64,000 nucleotides of DNA, from NCBI GenBank assembly GCA_044892525.1, contig CM097887.1:23622001-23686000 (forward strand). The letters are read 5' to 3'. Below are positions 59,580 to 64,000 of this stretch, in pieces (the stretch's first letter is position 1; each line of letters opens with the position of its first letter). The notes under the pieces are model-generated. The model saw only the letters and a list, made by a program, of their open reading frames with translations. It did not search any database and had not been told where the DNA came from. Position numbers and translations under genes: made by a program. This DNA comes from Schmidtea polychroa (lineage: Eukaryota).

Positions 59580-61450
59580 TCGTCAAATATGTTAGGTAAT
59601 AATGTTAGAATAATCAACGAAGTATGGTTACGTAAATAAAAGAATTACCAAAAATCTATACTAGTAATATAAAAGATATGTCATCAGAAAATTACTAAAT
59701 ATGAAATTTTTATGACGAAGGTTTAAAATAGCAATTTTTCAATAAGTTAAATTTAAATTTTTTATATAAAAGCCCCTGAATTTTAGTATAGGGGAGCGAT
59801 AAATTTATATCTGATAAAGTCAAAGGACTAAATTATTTGGTTCAACCAATAATGAAGGAACCAACCAATTAGGAAGGATCATTCAAGTAATTTCAATTCA
59901 ACCAAAAATATTTAGCCGATTTGACAACCAGAAATTTGATCAAAAAGTTTATAATTCTCAGCAGCAATTTTAACCCACAGAGATTACATGCATTGAAAAG
60001 GAATTATTCGACAGCGATCTGGACCAGAAGAGGCGATCCGGAATTTCTTTTCCTATAAAAGACAAAACAGGAAACGAGGATAAAAATTTTGGAGAAACGA
60101 CAATTGGAGACAATTAGATCTAAATTTTAACGAAAAATGCAAACTTTAGGAGAATTCAATAATAGATTCGATACTTTTTTATTTTTATGAGGATTTATGA
60201 TTTTTGGATTTTGAGTTGTTTTAAAAAGGTGATTTTTGAATGGTATGTTATTTGCAGATCAAAGTTTTCTAATATTGAACAAAAGCCAGGCGAGCAATTA
60301 ATCCAAGCAATATGTCGCTTTCTAAAATTAATCAATAACAGTCACAGAAGAGCTAATGGATGTTGCTGAAACCAGAACTGAATCACCAATCAAATGCAAA
60401 TCAGATGGTACATTTAAGCATAAACAATCAAATGCAGCTAAAAAATCATGGCTTGGTAGAATAAAGAACTCAATCACAGAAATATACAAAAGTCATAATA
60501 TAAAAATAGTATTTCTTATCAGAAAAATCACCATAGGATGCTCATTGAAATGTAGCACACAAGAAAAGATCGAGGAAGTGTTCCCTCCACAATTGGAAGA
60601 AGTATCGCAAACGTTCCCCTGAATGATTCGTGAGGCATACTTCAGAAAATGGGAAGAGGCCAATTGCCAAGATCATATACAAAGGCTACCTCTTTCTGAA
60701 CACATTGAATGGAAGATCTCAAAGAACCTAAAGGACTTTGAATGACGCTTCATTATTAAGGCAGAATGTTAGGCCTTAAAATGAAGCAATCGAATCAAGG
60801 AGGAAGATTAGGAACAACAAAATGCAGAAATGGCGAGAATCCTCGCAATTCATCAATCCACGCCCTAAATATTTGTGTAAGGGGAACAAGAATGATGACC
60901 AATAAACATAATAAGGTGCAAAACGATTTAGAAGACCTGCTAAGATCAAATCAAATCAATTTTAAAACAGAAACCAAACTGAAAGAGGTAAAAGAAATAC
61001 TGAAACCTGACATTGTCGTCCAAAATAATAATAGATATCAAATGTCCATTCGACGACAATGTCACAATAGAAGCCTCAAGAGCAAAAAACAAAATAAATA
61101 TCGCAAGCTTTCCCAAGATGAGTTCAGAATACACACAACAGTAGATACATTCGTTGTGTGCTCTCTTGGAACTTGGGACAACATAAATCATGATATATTC
61201 AGAAAATTGGGTATCAAATATGAAGAATATCTTCCAATAAAGAACAAAATGATCGAACGTGTGATAAATGGATCGAGAAAGACTTATGAAAACCACAGAG
61301 GATTCCATCAATAAAAGAAGACCAATACGTGTCAAGATGATTGTCACAGCATCGCTAAAAGGGCACATGAAGATATAACACCCCACACAGTAGCTTGGCT
61401 ACTGTATTTTATCGTAACATATTCATTGTTTTTGCATACTTTTCATTAAT
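59580..61450 (+). mobile_element. 5'-truncated REL non-LTR retrotransposon (NeSL/R2/R4-type), degenerate
   Basis: CCHC knuckle remnant CRNG...HALNIC, KPDIVV endonuclease motif and FVVCSLGTWD, ending at 61314. Upstream RT-thumb-like remnants. Confidence 0.8.
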
Positions 61451-61739
61451 AAATTTTTGACTTCCTTAATAGATTTTAACTATTTTGTATCGTAACATAA
61501 ATATCCTTAAACATTTTTAACCATGCTAGTAAAGTTTCTCAATTAATTTTGTTTTTGTGTACAACCATTTGTGTATTGTTTTAACGGTTTTGTATGCCAT
61601 TAAAATTTCATTAGCAATCGTACTTCTCATTTGATGCTAATTTTATTTGATAAATGAATTCAGGATATTCTAGTATATATAACACTTATTATTTTTGCAC
61701 AAATGCGTAAAAATGTTTATCATTTATGAAACGGTAGAT

Positions 61740-62160
61740 TCGGTGTCGAAAAATGGTGGAAGAGGCACTTGCTGTTTTCTGTGTTTTGAATATTTACAAT
61801 GGCTTTTTTAGACTTTAAAGCCGCTGGGGTGGGGATATAACTATGACCAGCTAACCTATTCATATACTTATATTTATTTATTATAAAGTCTCTTATCCTA
61901 ACAACTCGCTATCGGCGGGTGGAAGAGGCATTTGGTGTTTTCTCCCAAGCCTTTTCTTGATATCTGCTCACCGACAGAAGGTTGAATGTGACAAGGGCTC
62001 TGAGTAGAGATCGTGTCGCATTCACTGCTGCGTTACTTAAATTTAGAAATATAAATGAGATTCAGCTGAAAAATGACATTGGAACTGGATATGCTGACAC
62101 TCTCCACAGAAGCCGACTCACTCCTTTAAACCAAACTAACTGATAACATAGAAATCGACT
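61740..62160 (+). mobile_element. Possible PIF/Harbinger transposase remnant
   Basis: VEEAFGVF-like segment, present twice (~61757 and ~61918); very degenerate. Confidence 0.3.
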
Positions 62161-62307
62161 GTCGAAAATTCAAGATGCATCTTCATAATAATAAATTCCA
62201 AGAAACCAGATAAATGTTCAAAACGAGTAAAAGTAGAATTCCAATAATGTACATCATGCCTAAAATTAAATCGATATATCTATTATGTAATTCTACATAG
62301 GTTAGAG

Positions 62308-62502
62308 CAGTGGTTCTCAAACTTTTTTGATCACGACCCAAATTTTTGACATTTCATGCCAAAAATTTTATTGCGACCCACATGACAAAGATTAAATAAA
62401 TTTAAAAGGCTTAAACTTCCAAAATTTATATTTGTAGATCTTTCCATAAGTCATCGCGACCCACCAAAAATTCTTTCGCGACCCATAGTTTGAGAAACAC
62501 TG
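62308..62502. mobile_element. hAT MITE, copy 2 (same family as 56661-56833)
   Basis: Same TIRs and body, 22 bp longer; perfect TSD GGTTAGAG. Confidence 0.97.
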
Positions 62503-64000
62503 GGTTAGAGCATACCGACATAATCGTAAGACATACAACGGAAAGGAAGCACGAGTGATGACACTAAAAATTTCCAATATAAGTTACATAATTAAATCTA
62601 TTCCTACCTGAGGGAATCTTTTCTGTTTAGTACTAACTTTTGATAGCTGTGGCAATTCCACCTACAGTAGACACGTCTCGGATTAGGTTGAAAATGGGGG
62701 CGATGACATAATCATTTCTACCCTACTATGGATTTATATTTCTGATTCTTAGTAATAGTACCCTAATTGTTAGTTATAGTCGAACTATTGTCATGAGGAA
62801 GGCCATAGTTAGCTACAAGGATACTAGTTTTTCTCGGTCATTATCCCCACATGCGTCTGGGTACCCTTATAATGATTGGCATTGCTAGGAAAATCTTACC
62901 GTTTCCTTTGCCATGGATAATGCCGTCATGGCAGAATTAATGTGAGAAATAACGGTATGAGTTAAGGTTTGTCATCGTCAGTGAGCCTGTTAAGCGCTTA
63001 AGTTATGGTAAGTGAATGTAATTAACGTTATTACCTGTGCGCAAATGAAGCAAATGTTGCTTTATGTGCCATTTTAATAAAACAAATAATCATATTAAAG
63101 AATTCCTAAGAAACTTTCCAAATTGTAGTAATCTTGGAATATTACATAGACACTTGCTGTTAATATTCTTGATGTCTGCAGCACATATGACTTTCGGAAC
63201 AAGCATTAGACAATTGATCGGCAGTTAAGACACGCTTTGAAATTTGAAATTTCCCTTATTGTGAATAAGTAAAAACATGCTTGGTCTGAATCTGGCAATA
63301 CAATTTACGCAAAACGTTCATTTCAAGTCATTTGCATTGATGTCTTTATGTAGTGTGTATTATAGTCAAATAAAATTGGTTTAGTTTTATTTTAGTGGCA
63401 TATGGAGTGGTCAGTATTTTTAATTACCTGTTTGTGGCATTTGATTCGCTGGTGCATTAGACTACTTGGAAACACTATAATACCATCGAGTGATAGCAAG
63501 TCAAGAATTGTCATGTTAACATTTTTTAAACCATGAATTAGCAAAACTTATCGACTGTGATCAATTTAAACTTGTGAACATGTATGGCTATGAAGAGAAC
63601 TCAAAAGGTTATTGGAATCGATCTCTAAAAGACTTTTCCGAGAAATATAGATATCAAGATTTAAAAACTATGGAAATAGTGCGAAACGAAACGAAACAAT
63701 CAATAGATGAGCTTGTACCACTAAAAACTAAAGATCAAATATCTGAAAATATAATTCGAGTGTTTTTGCATTTTGTAGTTTTGTCTTAAATGATTAGAAA
63801 TTTTGAAGTATAATAAATTTGTAATTTATATGAAAGTATGAATAAGTTTTTTATAAAAATTGATCTTTGAAAATTAAAATAATTGAAACAAGTGAAATTT
63901 GCGTCAAAAAATGTCAATATTATGACTAAAACCAATCAATTCTTTATAAATCAATTTAGATTTAAAGTCTTTCATAATGATTTCCAAAATAGTTTTCTAT

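Noticed and set aside
62520-63800. Degenerate coding-like region
   Set aside because: Looks like a decayed transposase, but I found no motif I could assign with confidence.

Overview
AT-rich, intron-containing invertebrate genomic DNA with three N-gaps (18199-18348, 21367-21516, 44484-44649). The repeat landscape is compatible with a triclad planarian, but the sequence alone does not prove the species. Two host genes lie on the minus strand: the first four coding exons of flotillin-2 (9343->3905) and a complete 3-exon GH29 alpha-L-fucosidase (18128->11485). Nearly everything else is mobile DNA: many hAT fragments and MITEs, Merlin/ISXO2, pogo, Tc1 and REL-type non-LTR retrotransposon ends. 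Two larger systems stand out. (1) A giant-LTR retroelement system at 24.3-44.0 kb. It has two diverged ~4.1 kb LTRs (TGTTGG...CCAACA; a probable solo LTR at 24303-28448 and a 3' LTR at 39960-44028). The two share an A-rich tract, a CCAAT+TATA promoter, a long-range inverted repeat beside AATAAA, an LTR-internal spliced ORF resembling a transactivator, and a covarying RNA structure. Upstream of the 3' LTR is an ~8.4 kb intronless same-strand cassette: an ankyrin/membrane protein, a captured TRAF, three coiled-coil proteins and a type I membrane protein. Five of its ORFs start 1-2 nt after an AG, and the spacers are packed with UGUAHAUA (PUF-type) motifs. No gag/pol is present in the window. (2) A Polinton/adintovirus-like module at 45.4-57.4 kb: degenerate pPolB, a small amphipathic protein, packaging ATPase, a probable ZnF-PLA2X-integrase fusion and a major capsid protein. 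The integrase is interrupted by a young IR/DR Tc1 and the capsid gene by a hAT MITE. All calls were made by eye; no database searches were run.
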